DNA of 64,000 bases from an uncultured Chloroflexia bacterium (GCA_963732805.1 CAVTAW010000002.1:826801-890800), one strand, 5' to 3'; shown: positions 12,983 to 23,203, numbered from the stretch's first letter. The notes: generated from the letters alone by a model not told the origin. A program made the numbers and translations.

Positions 12983-13231
12983 CGTCAAGCTCGCCTGCCC
13001 TCGGGTCGTCTGCGGTGGCTGGCCGTCCCCCCGACCGATCCGCGGATGGTACGAAGCCGTTGCTGCCCGCGTCAACGGAACGTTCCCGTTCGCCCGCTGC
13101 GAAGGTCGCATTCCGGGCCGAGTCGATCCACGAGATTCGCACGTGACGGGGACCGGCCCCGCCTCGTGCCGCCGAACCGGAGCCGCCTCCCCGAGTCGGC
13201 ATCACCGCCCGACCCGGCCCCCGGGCCTCCG

Positions 13232-13237
13232 TAGAAT
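13232..13237 (+). promoter_or_regulatory. -10 element TAGAAT, probably a leaderless promoter
   Basis: TAGAAT, then 6 nt, then ATG 13244; no Shine-Dalgarno sequence. Confidence 0.65.
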
Positions 13238-13243
13238 GGTTCG

Positions 13244-14329
13244 ATGTACGTCGTGATCATGGCCGGAGGCGGGGGCACCCGGTTGCGGCCGCTGAGCACT
13301 GCAGCGCGACCCAAGCCGTTCCTGCCCCTGCTGCCGACCGGTGAGACGCTGCTCCAGCGGACGGTTGCCCGGCTGCACGGACCGGAGCTGGACCTGCCGC
13401 CCGGATCGATCGTCGTCGTCGCGGCCGCGGCCTACGCGCAGCTCGTCCGGGACCAGGTGCCGGATGCCTCGGTGCTGGTCGAGCCCGAGGGCCGGAACAC
13501 CGCCGCGGCGATCGCGCTGGCCACGCTGGCCATCGACCGCGACGACGAGGAGGTGATGGTCGTCCTGCCGGCCGATCACCGGATCGAGCCGGATCGCGAG
13601 GGCGTGTTCCGTGGCGTGCTCCGCGATGCCGCCGACGGGCTCGCAGCGAGCCCGTTCGGGATCGGCCTGCCGCTGGTGACGCTGGGGGTGCAACCGACCC
13701 ACGGCTCGACCGAATATGGCTACCTGCTGCCGCGACATGACGAGGGGGAGGACATCCACGGTCTTCGGGGCTACCCCCTCGCGGCGTTCCGGGAGAAGCC
13801 GCCGGCCGATGAGGCCGAGCGGCTGGTCGGGCTGCCGGGCGTCGCCTGGAACGCAGGCATGTTCCTGTGGCGGCGGCGGGCGATCCGGGACGCGCTCGAG
13901 CGATACGCGCCGCGCGTGGTGGACACCGTCGGCCGGGGTCTGGCTGCGGGCGACCTCCCCGCGGCGTACGCGTCGCTCGTCGCCCGGTCCATCGACTACG
14001 AGGTCATGGAGCCGGCGGCGAGGGATCGCCGGGTCGTGATGGGGGCCATGGACGTCGGCTGGACGGACGTGGGCACGTGGCCGGCCCTGCTGAGCGTGCT
14101 CGGCGCGCCTGGGATCGATGGATCGGTGATCGAGGCCGGTGACGAGGTCGCGACCGGCCCCGACGACCTGGTCGTGGAGCGGACGCCGGCGGGCCTCGCC
14201 GTCCGGGCCGGTGGGGAGGGTACGATCACGAGCGACCAACCCACCGCCGTCCTCCGAAGGGCCCGCCGCGCACGCCCGATCGTGCAGGCCCTGCTGGACC
14301 GGTGTGCGACAGCGGAGGCCCGTGCGTGA
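13244..14329 (+). CDS. manC: Mannose-1-phosphate guanylyltransferase
   Basis: IMAGGGGTRLRPLS, PKPFL, EPEGRNTA, LPADH, FREKP, WNAGMF, SIDYEVME, WTDVGTW. Confidence 0.92.
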   Translation: MYVVIMAGGGGTRLRPLSTAARPKPFLPLLPTGETLLQRTVARLHGPELDLPPGSIVVVAAAAYAQLVRDQVPDASVLVEPEGRNTAAAIALATLAIDRDDEEVMVVLPADHRIEPDREGVFRGVLRDAADGLAASPFGIGLPLVTLGVQPTHGSTEYGYLLPRHDEGEDIHGLRGYPLAAFREKPPADEAERLVGLPGVAWNAGMFLWRRRAIRDALERYAPRVVDTVGRGLAAGDLPAAYASLVARSIDYEVMEPAARDRRVVMGAMDVGWTDVGTWPALLSVLGAPGIDGSVIEAGDEVATGPDDLVVERTPAGLAVRAGGEGTITSDQPTAVLRRARRARPIVQALLDRCATAEARA

Positions 14330-15804
14330 CGAACCCGGCGGAGGCGCCCACCACCCGGATCGTGTTCGGCACCGACGGCTGGCGAGCGCGGGTCGCCGAG
14401 GACTACACGTTCGAGGCTGTTCGCCGTTGCGCGGATGGCGTCGCAAGCGTGGTCGAGGACCGCGGCGAGCAGGCCAAGGGGGTCGTCCTCGCCTACGACC
14501 GCCGGTTCGCGTCGGAGCATTTCGCGGCGGCGGCGGCGGAGGTCCTCCTCGCCCGCGACATTCCGGTCGCCATCAGTCGCACCGGCGTGCCCACCCAGAT
14601 GAGCTCGTTCGAGGTCGTCCAGCGCGGCGCTGCCGCAGGCGTCGTGATCACCGCCTCGCACAACCCGTGGACGGACAACGGGTTCAAGGTCAAGTCGCCG
14701 ACGGGCGCGGCGGCCGGGGCCGACATGCTGGGCCCGATCGAGGCGGCGATCCGGGATCATGCGGGGACCGTCATCGATCGGCGACCGCTCGCCGACGCGG
14801 AGGCGGCAGGGCTCGTGGAGTGGTTCGACCCGTTCGAAGGCTACGAGGCGTTCGTCCGGACCACGATCGACCTGGACGCACTGAAGGCAGCCGACATGTC
14901 GGTGCTGGTCGAGCCGCTCTACGGCGTTGGCGCCGGCTGGATCCCGAGACTGCTCGCCGGCGGCCGGATCCGAGTCGCCGAGATCCACAGCGAGCGCAAC
15001 CCCTACTTCGGGGGCGTCAACCCCGAGCCGATCCGGCCCAACGTGGACGAGGCGCTGTCGACGATTGCGGCGGGCGGCTTCGACCTGGGGCTGCTCCTCG
15101 ACGGCGACGCCGACCGGGCCGGTGCGGCCGACGAGCGCGGCACGTTCCTCCATCAGCTCGAGGTCACGGGCCTGCTCATGTACTACCTCGCGGAGCATCG
15201 CGGGATGCGCGACCCGGTCGTGGTCAGCGTCAACAACACGTCGACCGCTGCCACGCTGGGGCGCCACTACGGGATCGAGACGTACGAGGTCCCCGTGGGC
15301 TTCAAGTTCATCGGGCCGCGCATGATCGAGACCGGGGCCATGATGGGCGCCGAGGAATCGGGCGGGTTCGGGTTCGGCATGCACCTGCCCGAGCGGGATG
15401 GGATCTACGCGGACCTCATGCTGCTCGACCTGTTCCTGCGCGAACGTGCGCGCGGCGCGTGGCCGGTCTCGGAGGCCGTGCGACGGTTCCACGAGCTCGC
15501 CGGCCCGTCGTTCTATCGGCGGATCGACGTCCATTTCGACCGGACCTCTTACGACGGCGTCAAGCAGCGCCTGCTGGTCGGCCTGCGCGACGAGCCGCCC
15601 GCCACCCTCGCGGGCTCGTCCATCGCCCGCACCCAGGTGCTGTCCACCAACGACGGCTTCAAATGGTTCCTCGCCGACGGGTCCTGGCTCCTCGTCCGGG
15701 CGAGCGGCACCGAGCCGCTGGTCCGCGTCTACACGGAGGCGACGTCAGCCGAGCTGCGCGACGAGCTGGTCGTGACCGGCGAGCAGCTGGTGCGCGCCGG
15801 CTGA
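14326..15804 (+). CDS. Phosphomannomutase/phosphoglucomutase
   Basis: FGTDGWR, TASHNP, DGDADR, GAEESGG, VRASGTEP; GTGA overlap with manC. Confidence 0.95.
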   Translation: MTNPAEAPTTRIVFGTDGWRARVAEDYTFEAVRRCADGVASVVEDRGEQAKGVVLAYDRRFASEHFAAAAAEVLLARDIPVAISRTGVPTQMSSFEVVQRGAAAGVVITASHNPWTDNGFKVKSPTGAAAGADMLGPIEAAIRDHAGTVIDRRPLADAEAAGLVEWFDPFEGYEAFVRTTIDLDALKAADMSVLVEPLYGVGAGWIPRLLAGGRIRVAEIHSERNPYFGGVNPEPIRPNVDEALSTIAAGGFDLGLLLDGDADRAGAADERGTFLHQLEVTGLLMYYLAEHRGMRDPVVVSVNNTSTAATLGRHYGIETYEVPVGFKFIGPRMIETGAMMGAEESGGFGFGMHLPERDGIYADLMLLDLFLRERARGAWPVSEAVRRFHELAGPSFYRRIDVHFDRTSYDGVKQRLLVGLRDEPPATLAGSSIARTQVLSTNDGFKWFLADGSWLLVRASGTEPLVRVYTEATSAELRDELVVTGEQLVRAG

Positions 15805-16016
15805 CCCCGCGCGGGGTCATCGCGGCCGACGCCGGGCAGTCTTCCGCGGCCGATGCGATGAACGCACGGAGCCGCGGACCGGGACGAATCCGGGACTGCC
15901 CCCCGGGCCCTGCGGGGTGTAGGCTTGCCGGCAGCGACCGCCATCACCGGTCCTGGTCCGACCGGACGGCGGCCCTCGTGGACGCCCGTCACGGGGCGAC
16001 TGGAGGTTGATCGGCG

Positions 16017-16295
16017 ATGCACTCCTCTCTCATCGGCAAGGTCGAGAAGGCGAATCGCTATGCTCGGGAGCTTGACCGGATCTCGATCGAGCGGGTCGCC
16101 CTGACGTTCCGCGGTGACAATGACACCCATCACGTCAGTCTCGACGCCGGGCAGTGGCATTGCACGTGCCACTATTTCGAGAGTTGGGGTTCGTGCGTCC
16201 ACCTCCTTGCACTGCAGAAGATCTTCGGGGTGATGCTGCCCGAGGAGGCCCAGGTCTCCATCTTCAACGCCGGCGCTGCAGGCGCGATCGCCTGA
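16017..16295 (+). CDS. Small SWIM-type zinc-finger protein
   Basis: CTC...CVH motif; GGAGG RBS; TAGGCT -10 at 15920-15925. Confidence 0.85.
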   Translation: MHSSLIGKVEKANRYARELDRISIERVALTFRGDNDTHHVSLDAGQWHCTCHYFESWGSCVHLLALQKIFGVMLPEEAQVSIFNAGAAGAIA

Positions 16296-16336
16296 CGGCT
16301 GGCCGGCGTGGGGCACGCCGGCGAGACCGCAGCACC

Positions 16337-16936
16337 TCACCGCACTGCCACCCGCCAGTACCAGGTGGCGGTGTGCCCGTCACCGAACGACGCGGTCAGC
16401 TGGAGTGACCACGCCCCCGGCTCCGACGGGGCGGCCAGCTCGATCGGCTCGCCCGTCCCGTCTTCGCCGGCTGAGCGGTCGCCCGCTTGATCAGCGGTGA
16501 CGCGCGCCCACCGTGCGTGCCAGCCGGTCGGCTCGGCGGGCTGGAGGAAGGCGACGGCCAGGGTCGAGCCCGCTCGTGCCATGCCGGCGGGTTCGCCCAC
16601 GATCCACGGGGCATCCGAGCTCACGTCGCCCCACGTGTACGTGCCCAGGTCACCGCGGGCAGCCGGGCCCGCCAGTCCGTCGAGCACCGCGTCAGGCGGG
16701 GAATTGGACTGCAGGGCCGGCGAGCCGGACGGCGATGTCGTCGGTCGGAGGGGGGCATCGGTCGGGCGCGTCGCCTCAGTCGCCCGGGGAGCGGCGACCG
16801 CCGCCGACGTGGGCCCAGGAGTGTCGACGGCAGTGGCCGGCGACGAGCCGCCTGGATTCCCGGTGCACGCCGCCGCCGCGGCGAGGAGCAGGGTCAGGCC
16901 GGCCGAGCGGGCGACGGCGGCGACGCGCGAGGGCAT
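16337..16936 (-). CDS. Hypothetical lipoprotein
   Basis: Signal peptide ending AAAC, Pro/Thr linker, beta-rich C-terminal domain; AAAGGAGA RBS. Confidence 0.75.
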   Translation of the reverse strand: MPSRVAAVARSAGLTLLLAAAAACTGNPGGSSPATAVDTPGPTSAAVAAPRATEATRPTDAPLRPTTSPSGSPALQSNSPPDAVLDGLAGPAARGDLGTYTWGDVSSDAPWIVGEPAGMARAGSTLAVAFLQPAEPTGWHARWARVTADQAGDRSAGEDGTGEPIELAAPSEPGAWSLQLTASFGDGHTATWYWRVAVR

Positions 16937-16949
16937 ACGGTTTCTCCTT

Positions 16950-17993
16950 TCAGCGGTCGCTGGGGGTCACGGATTGCGGGCACAGACCCGACGAGCAGCC
17001 GGTCGCCAGGGTCACCGTGACCGCGGCGGACGTGGACGCCCGCAGGCCCTCGCTCGACGGCTTGCGGAACAAGGCTCGATAGTCGCGGGTCGCCCACACG
17101 TTGAGGCTGGTCGTGTAGGTGCCTGACGCCCCGGACGTCATCGTGGCGACGTCGCTCCAGCCGCTGCCCAGGTGCTGTTGGAGCACGACCGTCCGCGACG
17201 TCACGCGGTTGTTCGACAGCCTGCCGGTCCCGTCCGTTCGGAGCGTGGCCGTGAAGGTGACCATGGCCCCGCCGCCGACGGTCGTCGCCGAGGCCCCGAG
17301 GGCCAGCACGGTGGGGATGTCCAGGCAGGTGCTGTAGAGCGTGGTGCTGGCGGGGACGTCGTACTGCTGCTGGAGGGTCGCGACATCGCACCGGGCGTAG
17401 GCATGCGCGTTCCACCCGGCCTTCGGCTTTGCAGGCTGGTAGGTCTGCATGATCGAGTCCAGGGCGTCGCTACCATCCGCGAGGTTCACGTGGTGGTCGA
17501 GGATCATCACGTGGCCGAACTCGTGGAGTGCCACGTTCCGAGCCTCGAAGCAGCCGCTTGGCGAGCCGGTCATCTCGCACCAGCGAAGCGTGCCCCAGTC
17601 ATAGCGATGGCCGTTCTCGCGGTACCAGACGCCGAACCAGTCAGGCGGATCACGACGCATGCAGGCGAGGGCGTTGACGCCGCAGGGCACGCTCGTGCCG
17701 TAGTACACGAGATTGCCGGCGCCGCTCACGTGGCTGAACGTCGGTGCCCGGGACTTGCTGGTGGCGTTCGCATCGGCGACGCCGCTCTTTATGGCCGACT
17801 TGATCGCCGCGGGAGGCGTGCCCGCCGATGACCAGGCGTACTTGAGCACGAGATCCTGGGTGTACAGCCCCCCGCCGAGGATGGGATCCGGCGTCGCCGC
17901 CCGGAGCGGGACCAGGACCGCGACAGGCAGGATCAGGGCCAGGGCGATGAGTGCGGCGCGGCAGGCGATGCGCGCGGGTGCCGCGTGCCTCAT
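16950..17993 (-). CDS. Secreted metzincin (matrixin-like) zinc metalloprotease with C-terminal Ig-like region
   Basis: HEFGHVMILDH followed by Met-turn DSIM; signal peptide. Confidence 0.8.
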   Translation of the reverse strand: MRHAAPARIACRAALIALALILPVAVLVPLRAATPDPILGGGLYTQDLVLKYAWSSAGTPPAAIKSAIKSGVADANATSKSRAPTFSHVSGAGNLVYYGTSVPCGVNALACMRRDPPDWFGVWYRENGHRYDWGTLRWCEMTGSPSGCFEARNVALHEFGHVMILDHHVNLADGSDALDSIMQTYQPAKPKAGWNAHAYARCDVATLQQQYDVPASTTLYSTCLDIPTVLALGASATTVGGGAMVTFTATLRTDGTGRLSNNRVTSRTVVLQQHLGSGWSDVATMTSGASGTYTTSLNVWATRDYRALFRKPSSEGLRASTSAAVTVTLATGCSSGLCPQSVTPSDR

Positions 17994-19099
17994 CGAACCG
18001 CCTCCTCGACGCCCATGACGGTGGAGGTGAGGGGATCGACGACGCGGGCACTCGCCGGATCCGCGACGCGACCATCGGGCGCGACGAGCACGTCTCCCGG
18101 CGGCAGGTCCGCGCCGCTGGTTGCCGTCGAGCCGTCATGGACCGGGAGCAGCCCGGACGGAGCCTCGACCTTCAGGCGCGCACCGGTCCGCAGGTTGAGC
18201 GTGTCCAGGAGGCCCTGTCTAGCCTCGAACACCAGCACCGACCGGCCGGCACCAGCGAGCGACGCCGGCCCGGCGTCATCCACGAGCGCCGTGCGCTGTC
18301 CCGTCGGGGCGTCGACCGCCACGATCGGGCACGGGTATCCGTGGCACAGGTCATAGGCGATCACCGTGTCTCCGTCGACGCCGATCACCGGGCCGGTGGC
18401 GTCGACCGTGCGAACGCGCCCGGTCCGGGGCTCGAGAATGCGGCTCCGGCACGCCATCTCGCCGCAGGACGCGACGGCGAGCCGGCCATCCGCGCCCAGG
18501 CGCAGCTCCGTGGCGAATGTCGGACCGTACCGTTCATCGACGGCCATGCCGGCCAGCACCCGGACCGCTGCCTCCGGAGCGGCCGGGGCAGGGTCTGCCG
18601 CGCGCCGCCAGATGCCGAGGTCGGCACGCGTCACGCGGTCCACGCGGTGCTCCCAGATCGTTGTCCCATCGGGTGACAGCACGGCGCTGCGAATGACGTC
18701 GTCCTCCGTGGCGACGCTGTGGGAGCAACCCCGGGCGAGATCCAGGATGCGCAGCCGTGACGTCGAGCCATCGTCCTCGCCGACGAGGAGCCGGCCCTCG
18801 ACGGGCCCCGAGGCGAATGATTCGGGTGGCAGCTGCAGCGCCCGCGGGCGCCTGCCGGTGGATCCGACGACGAGGCGCTGGCCAGCCAGCGTCCCCGTGC
18901 CGTCGAGCACCGGGTCCACCCGGTACCACGTCACCGCCGCCGGCCGGGCGGTGGTCGGCGCGGCCTCGGGACAGGGCGGCGGCTGCCACGGCGGGTCAGC
19001 GGCGCCGAGGACCGGCGGCCGACCGAGCGCCCCGAGCCCGCCGAGCACGACGAGCGCCGCAACCGGGGCCAGTCCGCGGAACCATCCAGCGGCCTCCAT
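17990..19099 (-). CDS. Hypothetical secreted protein (possible beta-propeller)
   Basis: GGAGGAGG RBS before ATG 19099; signal peptide; repeated beta-strand segments (LSPDG, LGADG); ATGA overlap with the protease. Confidence 0.7.
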   Translation of the reverse strand: MEAAGWFRGLAPVAALVVLGGLGALGRPPVLGAADPPWQPPPCPEAAPTTARPAAVTWYRVDPVLDGTGTLAGQRLVVGSTGRRPRALQLPPESFASGPVEGRLLVGEDDGSTSRLRILDLARGCSHSVATEDDVIRSAVLSPDGTTIWEHRVDRVTRADLGIWRRAADPAPAAPEAAVRVLAGMAVDERYGPTFATELRLGADGRLAVASCGEMACRSRILEPRTGRVRTVDATGPVIGVDGDTVIAYDLCHGYPCPIVAVDAPTGQRTALVDDAGPASLAGAGRSVLVFEARQGLLDTLNLRTGARLKVEAPSGLLPVHDGSTATSGADLPPGDVLVAPDGRVADPASARVVDPLTSTVMGVEEAVR

Positions 19100-19243
19100 G
19101 TGAACCTCCTCCGGCGGGCAACGGTGTGGCGGGAGGAGGGCGAGGCGGCCAGTGTGGGGAGGGCCACTTAGCCCCCACTTATCCGCCAGCGCGGTGGTAG
19201 GCTTCGCCCGACATCGGGGCCTTGGGCCCCCTAACATCCCGAC

Positions 19244-19335
19244 GCGGCGAGATCGCGAAGCCGGTGCGATTCCGGCACAGTCCCGCTACGGTGACCGCCC
19301 CTCGGGGCGGAAGTCCGGTCGCCGATCCGCCGTGC
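19244..19335 (+). ncRNA. Cobalamin riboswitch (short class)
   Basis: GAAGCCGGTGCGATTCCGGCACAGTCCCGCTACGGTGA...AAGTCCGGTCGCC core upstream of btuF; TAACAT -10 at 19232-19237. Confidence 0.88.
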
Positions 19336-19385
19336 CGCTCGAGCCTTCGAGAGAAAGGTCAGGCGTACCGTGCGATCCACCGCCT

Positions 19386-19417
19386 GACCCCTCCCTTCGA
19401 TCCCGAAGCGAGGGGTC
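19386..19417 (+). promoter_or_regulatory. Stem-loop in the riboswitch expression platform
   Basis: GACCCCTC/GAGGGGTC plus CTTCG/CGAAG pairing. Confidence 0.5.
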
Positions 19418-19454
19418 CTTCGTTACCAGCCCGCCTTCCCTGACCGGAGTTTCC

Positions 19455-20516
19455 GTGGACGCACGCATCCTCTCGGCGCACCGGCACCGAACCCGTCCCT
19501 TCCCTGCGCTCATCACGCTGATCGCCGTCGTCCTCATCGCGGCGGCCTGTACCGCCACAGCGACCCCGGCGCCGCCCACCCAGGCGCCCGTGGCGACGCC
19601 AACTGGCATCCCGAGCGCGCCGACGTCCCCGAGCGCGGCCGCTGCGTCGGCGCCGGCGCCGGTGGCCACGTTCCCGGCCGACCTCACCGATGACGAAGGC
19701 ACTGCGGTCACGATCCCGGCCGCGCCGCAGAAGATCGTGTCGCTCACGCCGGCCGCCACCGAGACGCTGTTCGCCCTTGGCGTGGGGGACCGTGTGGTGG
19801 GCAAGGTCGAGGACTTCAGCACCTATCCACCTGCTGCCGCGGACGTGCCGGATGTCGCCAAGTTCGGTTCCGTGGACGTCGAGCGGATCGTGGCCCTGGG
19901 CACGCAGCTCGTGATCGCGGGCGGCGACAACTTCAACCCACCCGAGGCCATCGCCAGGCTGCGCTCGCTGGGCGTGCCGGTGCTGGTGATCTTCGCCCCC
20001 GATGTGCCCACCGCGTACGCGGACATCGAGCTGATCGGCGCGGCGGTCGGCCGGCCGTCCGAGGCCGCCGGGATCGTCGAGTCCATCAGCGAGGCGTTCC
20101 GGGAGGTGAAGGCGGCGATCGAGGGCAAGGGCACGCCGCGTGTCTACTACGAGCTCGACGCGACCAACGGCTACTTCGGGCCGGCACCCGACTACTTCGG
20201 CACCGAGATGATCCGGAACGCCGGTGGCGAACCCCTCACCAGCGGCACCCCCGGCGTCTACCAGATCCAGGCCGAGCAGATCATCGCGTTCGATCCCCAG
20301 GTGATCCTGCTGGGCGATGCCGCCTACGGCGTCACCCCCGAGCAGGTCATCGGGCGGCCCGGCTGGGACGCGCTGAGCGCGATCGCAACGCGCGACGTCC
20401 GGCCGATCGACGATGTGATCGTGACCCGGCCCGGCCCACGGCTTGCCGACGGGATCCGGGCGCTCGCCCTCGCGATCCATCCGGACCTCGTGCTGCCGGC
20501 GCCGGGATCGTCCTGA
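19455..20516 (+). CDS. btuF: Cobalamin ABC transporter substrate-binding lipoprotein
   Basis: Lipobox IAAAC; IVSLTPAATETLFALG and RPGPRL; lies under a B12 riboswitch; start GTG 19455 inferred. Confidence 0.88.
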   Translation: MDARILSAHRHRTRPFPALITLIAVVLIAAACTATATPAPPTQAPVATPTGIPSAPTSPSAAAASAPAPVATFPADLTDDEGTAVTIPAAPQKIVSLTPAATETLFALGVGDRVVGKVEDFSTYPPAAADVPDVAKFGSVDVERIVALGTQLVIAGGDNFNPPEAIARLRSLGVPVLVIFAPDVPTAYADIELIGAAVGRPSEAAGIVESISEAFREVKAAIEGKGTPRVYYELDATNGYFGPAPDYFGTEMIRNAGGEPLTSGTPGVYQIQAEQIIAFDPQVILLGDAAYGVTPEQVIGRPGWDALSAIATRDVRPIDDVIVTRPGPRLADGIRALALAIHPDLVLPAPGSS

Positions 20517-21601
20517 TGGCCACCACGCCCGCTCCCGCGCACCGGCGGGGCGGGGTCGCCGTCGCGCTGCCGATGGGGCTGCCGGGGAGGGTCGGCTGGC
20601 TGGCCATCACCGGCCTCGCGACGCTGCTCGTCGCGCTCGTCGCGGGCATCGTGCTGGGCTCGGTGGATCTCGCCCCGTCCACGACGCTCGCGATCCTCGC
20701 GCACCGTCTGCTCGGGATCGGGATCCCGGTCACCTGGCCGGCGACGTCGGAGGTGATCGTCATGGACCTCCGGCTGCCCCGGGTGCTGACGGCCATGGTG
20801 GTCGGCACGGGGCTGGCGGTGGCCGGAGCCACGTTCCAGGGGCTGTTGCGCAACCCGCTGGCCGACCCGTACGTGCTGGGCACCGCCTCCGGGGCCGCGC
20901 TCGGCGCAGCGATCGCGGTCCTGATCCCGGTGCGAGGCGTGATCCTGGAGTTCGGCCTGCTTCACGGGCTGGCCTTCCTGGGCGCGCTGGGGTCGGTCAC
21001 CGTGGTGTACCGGCTGTCGAGGACGAGCCCGCTGGCGCCACTCACATCGCTCCTGCTCACGGGGTACGCGGTCGGCTCGCTGCTCGCGGCCGGGCTGGCG
21101 ATGGCGATGTACCTGTCCGGTACGGGGCTCCGCGAGATCTTCGCGTATCTCCTGGGCGGGTTCGACGGAACGTCGTGGATCCGCCTGTCCGTGGCTGCGC
21201 CGCTGATCATCGGTGGCAGCCTGCTGATCCTGGTCCGGGCTCGGCAGCTCAACGGCTTCCTGCTGGGCGAGGAGGCGGCGGCCCACCTGGGCGTGGACGT
21301 CCGGCGCGAGCGGGTCGTGCTGCTCGCACTTGCCTCGCTGGTCACGGCGGCAGGCGTCGCGGTCGCCGGGCTGATCGGGTTCGTGGGGCTGGTGGTCCCG
21401 CACCTCGTGCGCCTCCTGGTGGGCCCGAACGCCCGGGTTGTGCTGCCGATCTCGGCGCTGTTCGGGGCGAGCCTGCTTGCTGCGGCCGACGTCATCGCAC
21501 GGATGCTGGGCGGCGTGCCGGTGGGCGTCGTGACCGCGGTCATCGGCGCCCCGTTCTTCCTCGCGCTGCTGCGCCGCGCCCGGACGGGGTACGAGCTGTG
21601 A
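20516..21601 (+). CDS. btuC: Cobalamin ABC transporter permease (FecCD family)
   Basis: LRLPRV, LRNPLADPYVLG, GLIGFVGLVVPH. Confidence 0.9.
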   Translation: MATTPAPAHRRGGVAVALPMGLPGRVGWLAITGLATLLVALVAGIVLGSVDLAPSTTLAILAHRLLGIGIPVTWPATSEVIVMDLRLPRVLTAMVVGTGLAVAGATFQGLLRNPLADPYVLGTASGAALGAAIAVLIPVRGVILEFGLLHGLAFLGALGSVTVVYRLSRTSPLAPLTSLLLTGYAVGSLLAAGLAMAMYLSGTGLREIFAYLLGGFDGTSWIRLSVAAPLIIGGSLLILVRARQLNGFLLGEEAAAHLGVDVRRERVVLLALASLVTAAGVAVAGLIGFVGLVVPHLVRLLVGPNARVVLPISALFGASLLAAADVIARMLGGVPVGVVTAVIGAPFFLALLRRARTGYEL

Positions 21602-22374
21602 TCGCCAGCGGCCGGCCGATCCTGCTCGCGGACGGCGTGACGGTCGAGGCTCGCGGCCGCGCCATCCTGCGGGACGTGTCGCTCTCGATCGCCGAGGGTG
21701 AGCGCGTCGCCCTTGTCGGTCCCAACGGCGCGGGCAAGTCGACGCTGCTGCGGGTGCTGTGCGGCACGCTTCGCCCCACGGTGGGCCGGGTCGAGCTGGG
21801 TGGCACGCCGATCAGCTCCCTCGAGCGGGTCCAGATCGCCCGGCGCCTGGCCGTCGTGCCCCAGCAGACGGCCCTGCCATTTGCCATGCGGGTCGAGGAC
21901 GTGGTGGGCCTCGGCCGGCTGCCGCACGAGGCTGTCCTGCGCGGGGCGCGACCATCCGACAGGGCGGCCGTCGCGGCGGCGATCGACCGGGTCGGGCTCG
22001 GCCACCTGCTCGGGCGGGATGCGCGCGAGCTGTCGCTGGGGGAGCGCCAGCTGGTGCTGCTTGCGCTTGCCGTGGCCCAGGATGCCCCGGTTCTCCTGCT
22101 CGACGAACCGACCGTGCACCTCGACCTGCGCCACCAGGTGGAGGCGATGGAGCTGCTCCGCGACCTCAATGAGCGCGACGGCAGCTCGCTCGTGGCGGTG
22201 CTCCACGACCTCGGGCTGGCGGCCCACTTCTTCCCCCGGTTGATCGTGATCGACCGGGGCCGGATCGTCGCGGACGGGCCGCCCCCGGTCGTCCTGACCG
22301 ACGAGCGGATCCGGGACGTGTTCGGGGTGGAGCCGGCCCTGGTGCGCCTGGCGGCATCGGCCGACGCACGCTGA
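21598..22374 (+). CDS. btuD: Cobalamin ABC transporter ATPase
   Basis: GPNGAGKST, LSLGERQ, LLLDEPT, VLHDL; GTGA overlap. Confidence 0.88.
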   Translation: MIASGRPILLADGVTVEARGRAILRDVSLSIAEGERVALVGPNGAGKSTLLRVLCGTLRPTVGRVELGGTPISSLERVQIARRLAVVPQQTALPFAMRVEDVVGLGRLPHEAVLRGARPSDRAAVAAAIDRVGLGHLLGRDARELSLGERQLVLLALAVAQDAPVLLLDEPTVHLDLRHQVEAMELLRDLNERDGSSLVAVLHDLGLAAHFFPRLIVIDRGRIVADGPPPVVLTDERIRDVFGVEPALVRLAASADAR

Positions 22375-22494
22375 GCGGGTAGCCGGCCGACGCACCCGCA
22401 GCGGGTCCGCGCGCCCGGGCCCGCGCGCCCGGGTCCGCGGTCCAGGGCCGCATGCGCTTCAGCACGGTGCCCGCGCGACAGGTACGCTTGCCGC

Positions 22495-23193
22495 GTGCGT
22501 CGTGCGCAGCTCCTGATCCCGATCCTGGTCACGGTGGCCCTGGCCGCCTGCTCCAGCGCGCAACCGTCCTCGTTGGCGACATTCGACCCGGGCGTGACGA
22601 CCGGGGCCAGTGCCTCGCCGTCTCCGTCAGACGCCGAGAGCCCGGGCGACCATCCCTCGGCATCCGACGAGCCAGCGTCGGAGCCGCCCACGGCCTCCGA
22701 CGCGCCCGCCTCCGATGAGCCCACGGAATCGTCATCCCCGGAGCCCACCGAATCGCCGACCTCCCCGCCGGGGATCGCAGACGCATGCACCGGCACCGAC
22801 GCCAACCGGGAGTTCTTCGTCAGCGTCGGACAGGCGGTTGACTGGCCGGTCCTGTGTGCGGTCCTCCCGAGCCACTGGTTCGTCAACACCGGCTCCTACC
22901 GCCTGGCCAACGGCGGGAAGCTGCTGATCAGCTACAAGGGGCCGGGCGGCGCCACGATCGCGCTCTCGGAAGGATCCTTCTGCGCGGACGGCACCGGTTG
23001 CGTGCCGGCCGGGGCGGACGGCGGCGACGCCGCGCTGGGCCCCCTGGCCGGGACGCTGGTCCGGCTGAATGACGGTGGGTTCGCGATCGTCGTGGACCGG
23101 GGCGCGACACCCAGCTGGCTGATGGTGGCGCACGGCATCGACGAGGCGACGACGGTGTCGCTGGGGGCCGCTCTCGCCGAGGTCGGTGGCTAG
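22495..23193 (+). CDS. Hypothetical lipoprotein with Ser/Pro/Glu linker
   Basis: LAAC lipobox; TACGCT 6 nt upstream of the GTG start. Confidence 0.75.
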   Translation: MRRAQLLIPILVTVALAACSSAQPSSLATFDPGVTTGASASPSPSDAESPGDHPSASDEPASEPPTASDAPASDEPTESSSPEPTESPTSPPGIADACTGTDANREFFVSVGQAVDWPVLCAVLPSHWFVNTGSYRLANGGKLLISYKGPGGATIALSEGSFCADGTGCVPAGADGGDAALGPLAGTLVRLNDGGFAIVVDRGATPSWLMVAHGIDEATTVSLGAALAEVGG

Positions 23194-23203
23194 GTCCGGC
23201 ATC

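Noticed and set aside
19100-19230. c-di-GMP riboswitch upstream of the secreted-protein operon
   Set aside because: Only a vague GGGCGAAGCC similarity; no GNRA/receptor two-stem pattern.
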